Below the pieces are notes generated by a model. That model ran no database searches. It worked only from the letters and a program-made list of their open reading frames with translations, and had not been told where the DNA came from. This document shows positions 12,765 to 24,616 of a stretch of 60,358 nucleotides of DNA, piece after piece; within the stretch, counting starts at the first letter, position 1; each line of letters starts with the position of its first letter. The position numbers and the translations under genes were made by a program. Where the stretch lies: NCBI GenBank assembly GCA_000697335.1, contig JNEM01012943.1, positions 1 to 60,358 on the forward strand. The letters run 5' to 3'. The DNA comes from Conidiobolus incongruus B7586 (taxonomy: Eukaryota).

Positions 12765-15700
12765 TTACCATGCCAATTTGGCTAATATACTCTTAGGATA
12801 TTTACGTACTAAGAATTTGCGCGTTTCTTCTGTTAAAAGTATAACCATTGCAAAACCGAGGGGGATGAACCAGTATTGGACTTGAATCGGGCGTGTGTTG
12901 AACACATAGTTGAAGAATGGTACATAGATGATGATCAATGCAATACTGAGTGAGGAGATGATGGCAGCTAAAAGGTATGGATTGCGGCCAGGGCCGTAGA
13001 AGGGATTATGCTTGAAGGTCGAGATTTTGCGGACTCTAGATGAAAAGAGATTACCCATGGCTTGCATGACGACTAAACTGACAAAGAAGATGGATTGGCC
13101 AGTGAATGCGTATTCGTTGAGTTGTTCTTGAGATCTGTTCAGATAGCCATCGGTCCAGCTGCTGTAGGTTAAGAGCACTTGGAATGGACTTAAACCAGCA
13201 GCCATTCGCATGTAGGTGAAGTAAGTGATATGAGCATACATAGTTTCCTGAATACCCAAAAATGCATAAGCTTGGATCAAAAGATTGCGATTGGTCAATC
13301 TATCCTTCTTAGGTCTTCTTGGAGCTCTCAATAATAGATCAGATTCGGGCTTCTCGCACATAATAGCCATTGAACTTAAAATATCAGTCAAGACACAGAT
13401 AATAATCATAAAGAAAGGACTGAGGGGGATAGGAGAACCAAGGATAACATTCACCAAAATTGGGACCATTTCTGAGAAACTACCAGCTGGCAATAAGTAC
13501 AAAATAACTTTCTTCAAGTTATCAAATACTAATCTTCCGTTTTCTATAGCGACTAGAATAGAGGCAAAATTGTTGTCCAATAAAACCATGTGCGCAGCTT
13601 CAATAGCTACTTGAGAACCTCCTCCCATAGCGATACCAACGTTAGCATTCTTCAAGGCTGGAGAGTCATTGACACCATCACCAGTTACACCGACAATGTG
13701 GTCTCTGCTCTGAAATTCTTGTACAATCTTCAATTTTTGCTCAGGAGTTGTTCTAGCGAATACAATTTCAGGATATCTGCAGACCTTATCCCAATCCAAA
13801 GTGGTCAATTCATTCAATTCTGGTCCAGTAAGAATGAGGGCACGAGTGGAAGAGTTGTCATCTTTTTCAGAGTGAATACAGATTTGAATTTCAGATTCTG
13901 AAATGGATCTCATTTTGGCAAGATTATCGTGGGAGTGAGCCGTTAAGATACCAATCTGTCTGGCAATGGCCGCTGCTGTTAAGGCAAAATCACCAGTGAC
14001 CATAATAGTTCTAATGCCCGCACGTTTGAATTTTTTAATGACATCTACAATACCTTTACGAGGAGGATCAATAATACCCACTTGGCCAACTACGCAAAGA
14101 TTGTGGACAGTATCCAAAAAGCCCTCGGTGGCAGTATCTGCATGCTTATCGTCATCCAAGAAAGCTCTAGCCAACAAAATCACACGCTGTCCTTGACTAC
14201 TAGCAATCATTTGTTCGTTGATAATGGAATTACGCATCTCTTCAGTTAAAGCAACTTCTTTACCTTCGAAGTCCAACACATAGTTACATTTTGGCAACAG
14301 TATATCGGGAGCTCCCTTGATCATTAAGACACGGTCTTGAGACTTGAAAACGTTAGAGTCAGTTTGGGGTTTGTAAATGGTGAGCATCCATTTGTTCTTA
14401 GAATTGAAGGGGATTTCGCCCAATTTGGTGAATTCTTCCAACTGATTCTGGTTCGGCTTGAAACTCTCTGAAAATCTTAAAATACCAGTATCCGTAGCAT
14501 CCCCATTGACTCTGCGTTCATCAATTGGTAAACCTAAATCGTTGGGATCGAATTGAGCACCATTACAGAGTGAAGAAATAGCAATCAGTTGAAGGAATCT
14601 GGGATCCTGCTTATTATAGAGGTTATCCCATTCGTTGGTGGAGTATTGACGATCGATAATAGAATTGACAACAGTCATCTTATTTTGGGTCAAAGTACCT
14701 GTTTTATCCGAAGCAAGCACATTTACAGACCCTAAAGTTTCTACAGTGTTAAGATTCTTTACCAATACCTTGTTAGCAGCCATTCTTCTGGCAATTAAAG
14801 TCAATGTCAAAGTAACTGCAACTGGAAGACCCGCTGGAGTAAAAGCAACCAGTACAGCGATTACATTGACTAAAATTCCGGAAAGACTCAAGAATGTAGG
14901 ATATGACTTTTTCAACCAAACACCCCATAATAATAATACTATGGCAGAAGATGTGATGGAAATGGAAGCAATAATAAGTACAAATCGGTCAATTTCCTGT
15001 TGCAATAAAGTCTTGGAAAATTTGGTCTGAGAGGATAATTTAGTAATAGTACCCATAACAGTTGAATCGCCGGTTTGGACGACGACGCCTATACCTTGAC
15101 CGTTGGTAGCGAGAGTACCCATGAGGGCAATGTTATTGCTTTCGAGATAGTTATCAGTCGAAGAATCAACAGTGCATTTAACCGGTTCCGATTCACCTGA
15201 TAAAATGGATTTATCCAATTTCAAATCTGAAGTCTGAATAATTCTCAAATCAGCTGGAATTTTATTACCATACTTGATTTGAACGAGATCACCTATCACT
15301 AGCTCTGAAGCTGGAATCACCTTGCTAGTACCGTCTCGGATCACTATGGCGGTGGCTGGCAACATCCCCTTGATACTATCCATAATCTTACTGGAACAAT
15401 AATCCTGGTAAGCATTGAAGCCAATCTGAATCAAAATGACAATCAACAATAAGACGCCTAATCCAACGTTGGTAGGGTCCCTGTTTTCACCGCCGAGGGG
15501 TTCATAAGCGAGGAAAGAAATAATGGCAGAAATCCATAGCAATATACCAAAGCCTCCAAAGGTATACTCAATAAACTTGCTAAAACGGTTGGAAGGAGGA
15601 GGAGATATGGTATTCTTGCCAGACTTTTGCAAAATGGTATCGGCATAATTGCGAGTTAAACCATGCGCCAAATCAGTATTAAACCTGACCTTAATTTCAT

Positions 15701-15869
15701 CTATGGTGAGCTGATGATGATCTGCCTGAGTGTAATCTTTATCATATTTATTTTTAGACTTGGTTTTACTCTTATCCCCAATGACAATGGATAGTGTACG
15801 AAATTCTACAGTTAAATTTAAGTTACTGCGAGAGCGACTTCTTCGAGACATATTAGTAAAAAAGCCCAT
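12765..15869 (-). CDS. P-type ATPase, ACU/P2C (Na,K-ATPase alpha-like) type, copy 1, intronless, 1034 aa
   Basis: DKTGTLT, IPFNSKNKW, KGAP, DPPR, MVTGD, FARTTPEQK, TGDGVNDSPALK, M5 YLLPAGSFSE, M6 ICVLTD. M4 reads VAFTPAGLP; A-domain loop reads SGES. Confidence 0.95.
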   Translation of the reverse strand: MGFFTNMSRRSRSRSNLNLTVEFRTLSIVIGDKSKTKSKNKYDKDYTQADHHQLTIDEIKVRFNTDLAHGLTRNYADTILQKSGKNTISPPPSNRFSKFIEYTFGGFGILLWISAIISFLAYEPLGGENRDPTNVGLGVLLLIVILIQIGFNAYQDYCSSKIMDSIKGMLPATAIVIRDGTSKVIPASELVIGDLVQIKYGNKIPADLRIIQTSDLKLDKSILSGESEPVKCTVDSSTDNYLESNNIALMGTLATNGQGIGVVVQTGDSTVMGTITKLSSQTKFSKTLLQQEIDRFVLIIASISITSSAIVLLLWGVWLKKSYPTFLSLSGILVNVIAVLVAFTPAGLPVAVTLTLTLIARRMAANKVLVKNLNTVETLGSVNVLASDKTGTLTQNKMTVVNSIIDRQYSTNEWDNLYNKQDPRFLQLIAISSLCNGAQFDPNDLGLPIDERRVNGDATDTGILRFSESFKPNQNQLEEFTKLGEIPFNSKNKWMLTIYKPQTDSNVFKSQDRVLMIKGAPDILLPKCNYVLDFEGKEVALTEEMRNSIINEQMIASSQGQRVILLARAFLDDDKHADTATEGFLDTVHNLCVVGQVGIIDPPRKGIVDVIKKFKRAGIRTIMVTGDFALTAAAIARQIGILTAHSHDNLAKMRSISESEIQICIHSEKDDNSSTRALILTGPELNELTTLDWDKVCRYPEIVFARTTPEQKLKIVQEFQSRDHIVGVTGDGVNDSPALKNANVGIAMGGGSQVAIEAAHMVLLDNNFASILVAIENGRLVFDNLKKVILYLLPAGSFSEMVPILVNVILGSPIPLSPFFMIIICVLTDILSSMAIMCEKPESDLLLRAPRRPKKDRLTNRNLLIQAYAFLGIQETMYAHITYFTYMRMAAGLSPFQVLLTYSSWTDGYLNRSQEQLNEYAFTGQSIFFVSLVVMQAMGNLFSSRVRKISTFKHNPFYGPGRNPYLLAAIISSLSIALIIIYVPFFNYVFNTRPIQVQYWFIPLGFAMVILLTEETRKFLVRKYPKSILAKLAW

Positions 15870-18800
15870 TTTAAATGATGATTAAATATTAGTATATTTA
15901 ATTAGTCAAAAATGCAAGAATCCTTTTCTAGAGGAAAAGGAATTAAATTAAATTTTAATAATTATTATTAAAAATACAGATGAAGGATTAATTAATATTT
16001 ATAGAATATGGTTAATAATTATTAATTTAAATGAAGGTTAGTTCAAATGAGAAGTGATACAATTTCAAACCATGAAGTAGTTGAAACCTCACTAGCTTCC
16101 ATATCTTGTATTCTTTCTAACCAATCACATTTCGCTGTCACAATTAAATTTTTGATCTGAAATTCAGGTGGTATTGAATAAAATATGTAGGAAAAGAATA
16201 AATAGTACCAAATACTTCGAGAAAATAATCAAGTATCATTGGTTATTAGTTTAAAAATTTATATATATATATAATTTTAGTCAATTGAATACTATAATAC
16301 ATAGTTTAGCTAAAAATGTATTAGATCATTGACTATATAATACATTCTGTTTTATTGTCTCTAATTGATACATGTAGATATACATCATAACAACTTATAA
16401 AATTAACTATTAATTAATATTAATATATTTATAAAAACCCTTTTTCAATGGATGCAAAATTTAATTTACAATTAATATTTTAAAAAATCAATTTTAATAA
16501 AACTTAATAATTAAATTAACCTAATTTAGTCACATTATGAATTATTTAATAAAAATATCTTGTACTGAATCAATTATAACAAACATTTTAACCCAATGTA
16601 ATGATATTTAATCTAAATTGGATATAAAGAACACTCACTATTCAGATTAAAAATTAATGCTATTGATCAAATATAAATCAATTCCTCATTACTCAAAAGG
16701 ACTCCTTTAATTATTATTTTAAGTCATTAATAACTTGAAAAACTATTCACCCATACAAAGTTAAACTTACATATTTTTATTGCCCCTTGATTATAAGGAA
16801 AAAAATTAAATTTTCAAGTAATAATTCCCGCATTAATATTTATACGCTACGCTATCAAGATACACGAGGTAGCAATCCCCACATATTTTGTGATTCATAA
16901 ATGGGAAAATAATTAATTTTATAAATTGGTTTTTCTGAGATATTGAAGTTAACTATGATTTATTCAATTTTCAAATTTTCATCTAGTTTATATATTTATT
17001 ATTAAATTTGTAGAGAATAAAAATATTCAAATCCTAGTTAATTGGGATTTGTTCAATTTTGAATCTTTACACTTAAATTACACTCTTGGGCGGTTTAATT
17101 CAACAGCTAACATCAATTAACCCTTTTTCTATAATCATTAACTCTGCTAAGTTTACAGTTTTATGTAAATTTTAAATTGACTAGTTTTACAATTTACCAA
17201 TATTTTTTAAATGGTTTAATGTCAATTGATAACTTTGATAGATTTAACAGTATTGATGGATGGATTGAAAATAATTGATGCAATTTTATTAGAATTGAAA
17301 TGTTGAATTAACTTAATATTGAAAAATTTAATTATCGTATATTATACATATATTTTAAGCATTTTGATAATTAGATCTAGAATTTATGCATATTATGATC
17401 ATATAAAAATCTATTCTTAAAATTTTTAAAAAAAATCGAGTATTTTTAATCCCTTTATCTTACAAATTCATTAACTGGAAAAATAATTAATTTTTGTACA
17501 TACTCACACTAATAAATTTATCACATTTAAAATTTGTCATATTTTCTTCTTGTGACTTTTTTAGTGAGTTTTTAAACTAGCAATTTTTCATAGATTTTAT
17601 TATGTAAAAATTCCCCTATTTTAGTAGTTATTATCTGTAAAGGCTAATAAGTTAATCAATGATAGATTGAAATTAATCCTTATAGATTAAAAGCTCTTAA
17701 AATTAACTATAGTAGTAATTAATTAAGAAATATCTTAATGTTAATGAAAAAAAGATTATTTCAAATTTTTATTCATCTTAGCATTTTTGTTAATTTATTT
17801 TATTATCTTAATATCATATACAAATCTATAATACCTTTACATAAGTATTGAATTTATTTGATAAAGATATTTATTTGCAATTCAATTTCAAATTTGCAAA
17901 GCCAGAGATAAAATAATTCATTATCTCTTGATTTTAAAAAGTTTTTTCAATATTGTTATATTCACACTCTCATATTTTCAATTTTTTAATATTGAATAAA
18001 CCACATATCACTTGAATAATATTAGTTAGTCTTAAATTACCACTAATAACTAACTATATATGTTGTAAAACTCCTTTATTTACATAGGTTTCAGGATGGC
18101 TAAGATCATTTTTTGGGTTAATGTTGTGTGAAGTCATTCTATTGAAGAGATAATATTGTCAATTCTTTTGTATGTGGGCTTGATTAAATATCAAATATGA
18201 ATAAAAAAACCAAAAAAGATGTCCTTTATTGTTCAAAATATAAAAATTGCTTTTATATTACAATTACAGACTACTAAAATATCAGATGCTATTTATCAAT
18301 GCATCATCTATTAACATGAACATGTTTGACTGTATGACTCATAAACACAACAATATAAATTTAATAATTTTTTGAATAATTTTGTAGATAAAAGTTTTAT
18401 TGAAATTAAGAGTATTTTTGATTAAATATATTGTCCCAAAATTAATTTCCATAAGATAAAATCAGATTTCTAAATTTGGATATTAAGCAAATTTTGTAAA
18501 ATTTGAAATTATGAATTAAGTTGAGGGTTTTTTACCTTTAATTAAAATTAATGTGTACTTTAGATAAACAAATTAATGTTAACAATTTTTAATGTTTATA
18601 ACTAATAATAGTATATATTTTCTCCTCTATATATAATTTATTGTATAACCAACTTTTTGATTTGATACTCAAAGATTATAATATCAAATGAAAATATAGC
18701 AGTCTATATAATATTACCAATATATTTAGATTCTTTAATAAATTAATTTCAACTAATTAGAATAGAAATTCAATATTTAAAAATCACTAAAAGTTTCAAA

Positions 18801-19145
18801 AATATTAGGGATATAAAGCATATTTTTAAGCTATTAGTAATTATTTGCCATTTCAATCTACTTAATAAAAATAGTTATAATATTTTTTTTATTAACATTT
18901 ACTAGAATAGTATTTATTAAAATAGTATTTATTAAAATATTATAATTTTAATCTTGTTTTGAATAGATATTGAATCAATTGAAAATAATGTTTTTGAATT
19001 ATTATTTAGAGATATTAATATGATAATGAATTAAATTATATTATACAAAAAGTATAACTGAGGATCAATACAAAAAAAGGGTCTAAAATTTAATAAAAAT
19101 GTAAATTCTCAAAAATTATCATCCTGGGATTTTTAAGTGAAATAT

Positions 19146-19226
19146 CCTACCAAACCTAATTGAATTATCCATCTAGAGATTATAACTTTTATTAGTCTCT
19201 TGCTCTACCAATTAAACCATTTACAG
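19146..19226 (-). pseudogene. Heavily decayed intron-containing tRNA-like remnant (Tyr-like)
   Basis: Reverse complement: TG GTTT AATTGGTA GAGC A AGAGA CTAATAAAAGTTATAA TCTCT AGATG GATAA TTCAATT. It shows a D-arm/A-box, a perfect AGAGA/TCTCT anticodon stem around an extended loop, and a degenerate T arm. Confidence 0.5.
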
Positions 19227-19731
19227 TTGAAAAATCTCTTAATAAAATTAATCCATTTTGAGAATAATATATTATATTATATTATATTTTGACCTTTATA
19301 AACAAATAAAAATATATTAAATTAAAATTAAATTAATGAATAAATAATATTTATATGATTATATAATATTTGTAAATTTAATTAATTTTCATTTTAATAT
19401 TATTTCTTTCATAATTCTATTAATATAAAACTGATTAATTTCATAATATTTTAATATATATTTTGAAGAATGATAATGTTTTAACAAATATTATATATTA
19501 ATTTGTAATAAAATTTAAATAAATTATATAAAATAATAATAATATTGATAATATGGTAAATAATAAAAGAATAAATAATAGAATTTAAAAATATGATAAA
19601 AAATAAATAAAAATATGTATATAGAAAAGATTTATTGTAATATAATAAGAATATTGAACCATTGTTGAGAAATTAATCAAAAATTAATAAAATATTTAAA
19701 TATGAATACCTTTTGTGAAAATTAAAATTAA

Positions 19732-19803
19732 AGCAGCGTAGCGCAGAGGAAGCGCGCGGGGCTCATAACCCCGAGGTCGGAGGATCGAAACCTCTCGCTG
19801 CTA
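19732..19803 (+). tRNA. Initiator tRNA-Met (CAT)
   Basis: AGCAGCG/CGCTGCT acceptor stem with A1:T72, CGGGG/CCCCG anticodon stem, CTCATAA loop, and ATCGAAA T-loop (A54/A60 initiator hallmark). Confidence 0.97.
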
Positions 19804-19808
19804 TTTTT
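19804..19808 (+). terminator. RNA polymerase III oligo-T terminator
   Basis: TTTTT immediately after the tRNA-iMet discriminator base, followed by a second T-run. Confidence 0.8.
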
Positions 19809-20766
19809 ATTTTTTGAAAATTATTTTGTTTCTCTTATAAATTGAAATCATTTTAATAATTTTTTTTATTAATATTATTTATATATCACTCTAATTTACA
19901 AAATATAATTATACTATCATTTTTCAATTTTTTGAAACTTTGTTTTTTAATACTTTTTTCATTCACATTATGATTATTCATTTAAAATAGTTTATAGTTT
20001 AAATATAAAGTTTGTAAAGCTATATTATCATAAGATTGAAAAAATTCAGAAATGTAATGAAAAATAATTGTACAAATGGTAGTTTTGCTTAGTTAAATTT
20101 AACAGTTCTTAATTTTATATTTCAGTTAATCTGCAAAATAAAATCCTCATATATTATTAATATTTAACATTCAAGAAACATTTTCATATTTAGACTTGAA
20201 TATTTTGACAATTCAAAACCCCTTTCAGATTCATTTGTATAAAAATTAATATTTAAATAGATGAATAAATACTAAAAATATATTATTAATTAATGATTTG
20301 AACCAATCACACAATTATAACTATTTGAAAAAGATGCCATCATAACAGCTCTAGATCATCTTTATTTTGATTATTCTATTAATAGCTAACTAAAATTTAT
20401 ATGAATAATCATTGACATCATATTTTGAAATACACTATTATAATCTCAAACTATATAAAAATAGAATTTTTCTTTTATAAGTTAGATTAAATAAATATTA
20501 TTAATATTGGGTAATGTTAATATATTTTTCAAATTATTAAAATTTAATAAAGTAAATTAGGTACATTTTAAGTTATCTAGTTTTAAAGTTATATTCACCA
20601 GTTAATAGAAACTCAAAGTTATAATATATAAAATTAATATAGTTGAAGTATTTGTCAAGATGATATTGCTTTAGTTTTTATATAGTCTTAATCGCTTATT
20701 ATATAATAAATATCATTCATGTTACATGTTAGTTAATAATTATAAGAAAAATAAAGTATCGTTCGT

Positions 20767-21342
20767 TTAAGGGTAAGGGTAAGTGATATAGTTGGATGGG
20801 ACATTACCCCAAGTAGCTCCCTGGATGCCTGTGTAAGATTGGGATTGAGTATACATGTTAGATGCACCTCCCTGAGCAACTTGTTGGTTTGCATAATTAG
20901 AGCCAGCCAAGCCAGTGGTTTGCGAGTAACTTGTTACAGTCGACCCATAATTTCCAGTGGCGCTCTGGTTGGTTACTGAACCACCATTGTCACTCGTCTG
21001 TCCAGAAGTATAAGTTTGGGGACTATTAAAACCTGTAATGCCAGAAAATTGATTAGTAGTTACTTGATTGGAGTTGAATCCACCGGTGGTAGTTGTAGTT
21101 CCTTGAGATGTTGAGCCATAAGTGGTCAGACTATTACCGAAATTGGAGTTGGTTGATATATAATTCGAGTTTTCATAGCTTGAACTTCCCGAATTCATAT
21201 TTACAGTTTGCATGGTAACACCCCAATTACTCGAAGTGCTCACGGGATTTGATGAAGTTGTGGTTGTAGATCTTCGTTCAAGGACATAACCTTGAACCAA
21301 TGGTAAGAGTACCAAACCAACTATTGCTTGACTGACTATCAT
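20767..21342 (-). CDS. Secreted Ser/Thr/Gly/Asn/Gln-rich protein, 191 aa, intronless
   Basis: ATG at 21342 (the track's 21381 start is TTG). Signal peptide MIVSQAIVGLVLLPLVQG, pro-piece YVLERR ending in a Kex2-type dibasic site, coding-like GC content, and a TATA-like element at ~21437-21444 upstream. Confidence 0.85.
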   Translation of the reverse strand: MIVSQAIVGLVLLPLVQGYVLERRSTTTTSSNPVSTSSNWGVTMQTVNMNSGSSSYENSNYISTNSNFGNSLTTYGSTSQGTTTTTGGFNSNQVTTNQFSGITGFNSPQTYTSGQTSDNGGSVTNQSATGNYGSTVTSYSQTTGLAGSNYANQQVAQGGASNMYTQSQSYTGIQGATWGNVPSNYITYPYP

Positions 21343-23093
21343 CTTAAAAATAACAATAATAATAAACTTGTTAACAATCAAAAATAATTATATTAATATT
21401 AATATTCCAATTTTTAAGATTTAGCCATCTCTCTCTTTTATATATTTGAAATATTGGTTTATATAATATTTTTATTGTGAAATTCATCACTTTCAAAATC
21501 AGTGATTCGGTATTACTTCAACCAATAACATTGTTTAATAACTCAGTAGGTCAGGAGCCATAATAAATAAATATTAGGGATGGTGATAAATTTATGTCCA
21601 ATTCCTCCTTGAGTCATCAATTTATTTTAAAATTCAATTTATTCTTTTACTTTTCTGTCACATATTTCAACTAGAACCCGTTTAATATCTGAAAAATATA
21701 GAAAGATACGTCAAAGTAGTTCAATGATTGATTTCGTTGCTTAGAACAATAACAATATTACATATAGTTTTTCAATAATTTTGACTTTTGTTGTATATCA
21801 AACAGAGTTTTTATTTTTAAAATATTCCAAATCTATTAAATATTATATATACAGTATCAATCAATTAGTGTGAATTTTTAAATCAAAACCATTTTGTTAG
21901 TTTAATTATTTATTATTAAAAAAATCTAATAATTTAATCAACCCACATTACTAAATTTAAATTAAACCAAAAATACTAAGAAATATACAGAGTTTTATAA
22001 TAAATATATATAATACGATTAAAATTTTATATTAATCAATATTTATCACGACTAAAACAGAAACTCAACAGGTTTTTAACGTTAAATATAAATAAAATTA
22101 AAATTATATTGCTGATATATTAAAATAATAAAATATTAGATAATAAATGATCCAAAATATTATAATAACCTTAATACTATTAATTTTCATTAAATTCAAT
22201 TTTTTTAAAACTTTTCTATTTGAACAAAATTTCAATATATTAAATATATCTATATTGAGAAAGATTTAAATTAATATTTTTACACAGTCAAATTACTAAA
22301 TTATTGAACTAAATATTTTACATAATTTTATCAAAATATTTATTTAATAAAATTACTTTTAAGTTATTATTACTATTTTATATTTTATATTTTAATTTAA
22401 ACGTTATCAGTTAAAGGAGTAATATATATTTTGTCTCTATATTGATGATCTTATATTTAGATTAATTAGTGTGAATATTCTGATATTAAATGATTTATCA
22501 ATTTTTCTAACTTGATTCAGTTTATCATTCAAAAAATTGATAATTTTCTTTAACTTTTGATAAATATATCTGAGTATAAAATATTGAAAAATATCTTTAT
22601 AACTATTAAAAGAATTAAAATACTATCCTACAAATGAAAATATATTCACTAAATATTTTAAATTGAAGCAACTTATATGTAATTAATATATTTATATTTA
22701 GGATTTGATTTATTGATAAAAATACTGAAAAGAATTATACTATATTAGTAATTTTTGAATATTTTTTTTTGAAATTTTTCAACAAAGTTGAAATTACAAT
22801 TAAATTAATTAGATTATAAATGACTTAAAATTAGTGTAGTTTTGAACAACATAATATGAACGATTATATATTTTACATAATTAAATATAGTTTATTTTAA
22901 ATTAATTTGTAGATAGCTAAATAGTTATATTATAAGTAATAGATACTTAAATTAAACGTATTATCATTAAATAAATTTAAATTTATAGCTATAAAAAATA
23001 AACAGGATAAAATGAAATATGAATATAATAATTATTAAGAAAAAGAATATATTAATAAAGAAAGGAGGCAGGAAAAGCGAATACAAAATTGGG

Positions 23094-23466
23094 TCATTTC
23101 TTATCACCTCCTGCAGCCAAAGCAGCAGCTTTTTCCATAGCTTTCTATAAAAATTAAAGTTAGATAATTATTGAAGAATATAAATAAATTAAATCTTACT
23201 TGTTGTTTAGCTCTCATAATAGCAGCGTCACTAAACGAATTAGAAATTAATATAGAGTAAAAAAAAAATTAAATTTATAACTTACTTTTCCATCTTATTC
23301 TTTAAGCATTGGCCGTCATTTTTACCGTTTTTAGGGTTTTTCTTAGGGGCAGCAGCAGCTCTCTTAGCAGCTCTTTCTCTATCTTTTTCTCTTTGGTTAC
23401 CACCTAACCAATATATTGGATTAGTTGTAAAAAAATATTATAAATTATTGTTAGCTTACGAGTCAT
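23094..23466 (-). CDS. SERF/4F5 family small basic protein, 4 exons, 68 aa (absent from the ORF track)
   Basis: Spliced product MTRGNQREKDRERAAKRAAAAPKKNPKNGKNDGQCLKNKMENDAAIMRAKQQKAMEKAAALAAGGDKK. MTRGNQRE and DA.IMR.KQ are SERF signatures; the first coding exon is 7 nt. Confidence 0.93.
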
Positions 23467-24616
23467 TGACACGAAGGCAAAATTGATAAAATCAAAACTA
23501 TAAAATTACAAGGATTAAATGGTATCTAATAATATTTTGACCAATAGAATTCATTATATATTTATATAATTGTGATTGTGGGGAATTTATGGGATAATAA
23601 GTCATTATTAGTGATCTGATAAATGGTTTGATCTTCATTAAAAAAGCTCTAAATGGGATTTGGAACCAATTTTCACTTATGATCTTCATTAAGAATTATC
23701 TAGAAATGATTTAATCCTATTTTAAATAATTTATTATTAGAGATGATATAATTTTTTTCATATTCACTAAATTTCAAATTACAATATATTCGGTAATAAG
23801 ATCAATTAAAATAATATATTTTTGGACCTAAAATCACGTGAATTATTTGATTTTATTTTTATTATTTTCAAGAAAACAATTTAAATAATTTTTCATATAT
23901 TAAATTATATAATTGTATAAATTAATAAATAACAATAATTACAATTATCAAAAAATTAAAATTTGTGAATCATGTTCATATAATCTTTAATTATAGAGAT
24001 ATGTTCAATAATTTATGAAAACTTTTATCATTATATATTACTCATACAAAAATTAGAAACTTTATATATCATTGGGTATATTATAGAGTGATTGAATAGA
24101 CTATAATCCATAACATATTTTGATCTTTTAATTTCCTTTTTTCATAAAATATAAAATTCAATCAATTGGTAACAAGTATAAATAGAATATATTCATTATT
24201 TGATTTATTTCAAACTAATTTCAAAATTTTTCAAGTGCTATAATTGTATAATATTATATTTATAACAATTGAGTAATAATGATATTAAACAAATGACAAT
24301 TTTTTTTGAATAATCTGCAGAAATAATGAGTTAGAATAACTAATAATTATCCAACTATAATCACAGTAAGGATAATGGGTTTATAATTGAATCATTATAA
24401 AGTGTCGATATTAGAGAAATAATGCGATGCTGAGCAAACTATAATGCAAATGAATGAGTACATAATATTGATGAGAATTCAATTGTTAGAATGATTAATT
24501 GAAAATAACATCAGCATCAAGTTATTATATAATTTACAATATTAAATATTCAATAATATTTCAATTCCAAAAAAATAATTTATTATCAAAATTTCAAATA
24601 AAAATACAAATAGTTA

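Noticed and set aside
13285..15030. Plus-strand ORFs overlapping ATPase 1 (similarly 24630-27002 over ATPase 2 and 36080-36280 over the UBX gene)
   Set aside because: Antisense shadows of real coding frames; their similarity between the two ATPases simply mirrors the paralogy.
18088..18190. TCAGGATGGCTAAG...TGTGGGCTTGA resembling tRNA-Leu ends
   Set aside because: The middle cannot be folded into stems; too degenerate to support.
20290..20365. Minus-strand TGATCTAG..GTTATG...GGTTCAAATC, tRNA A/B-box-like
   Set aside because: Box-like words only, with no stem complementarity.
23620..23715. GATCTTCATTAA repeated 51 nt apart upstream of SERF
   Set aside because: Only two short copies; not an array and not CRISPR-like. 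No CRISPR array or cas gene is present in this eukaryotic window.
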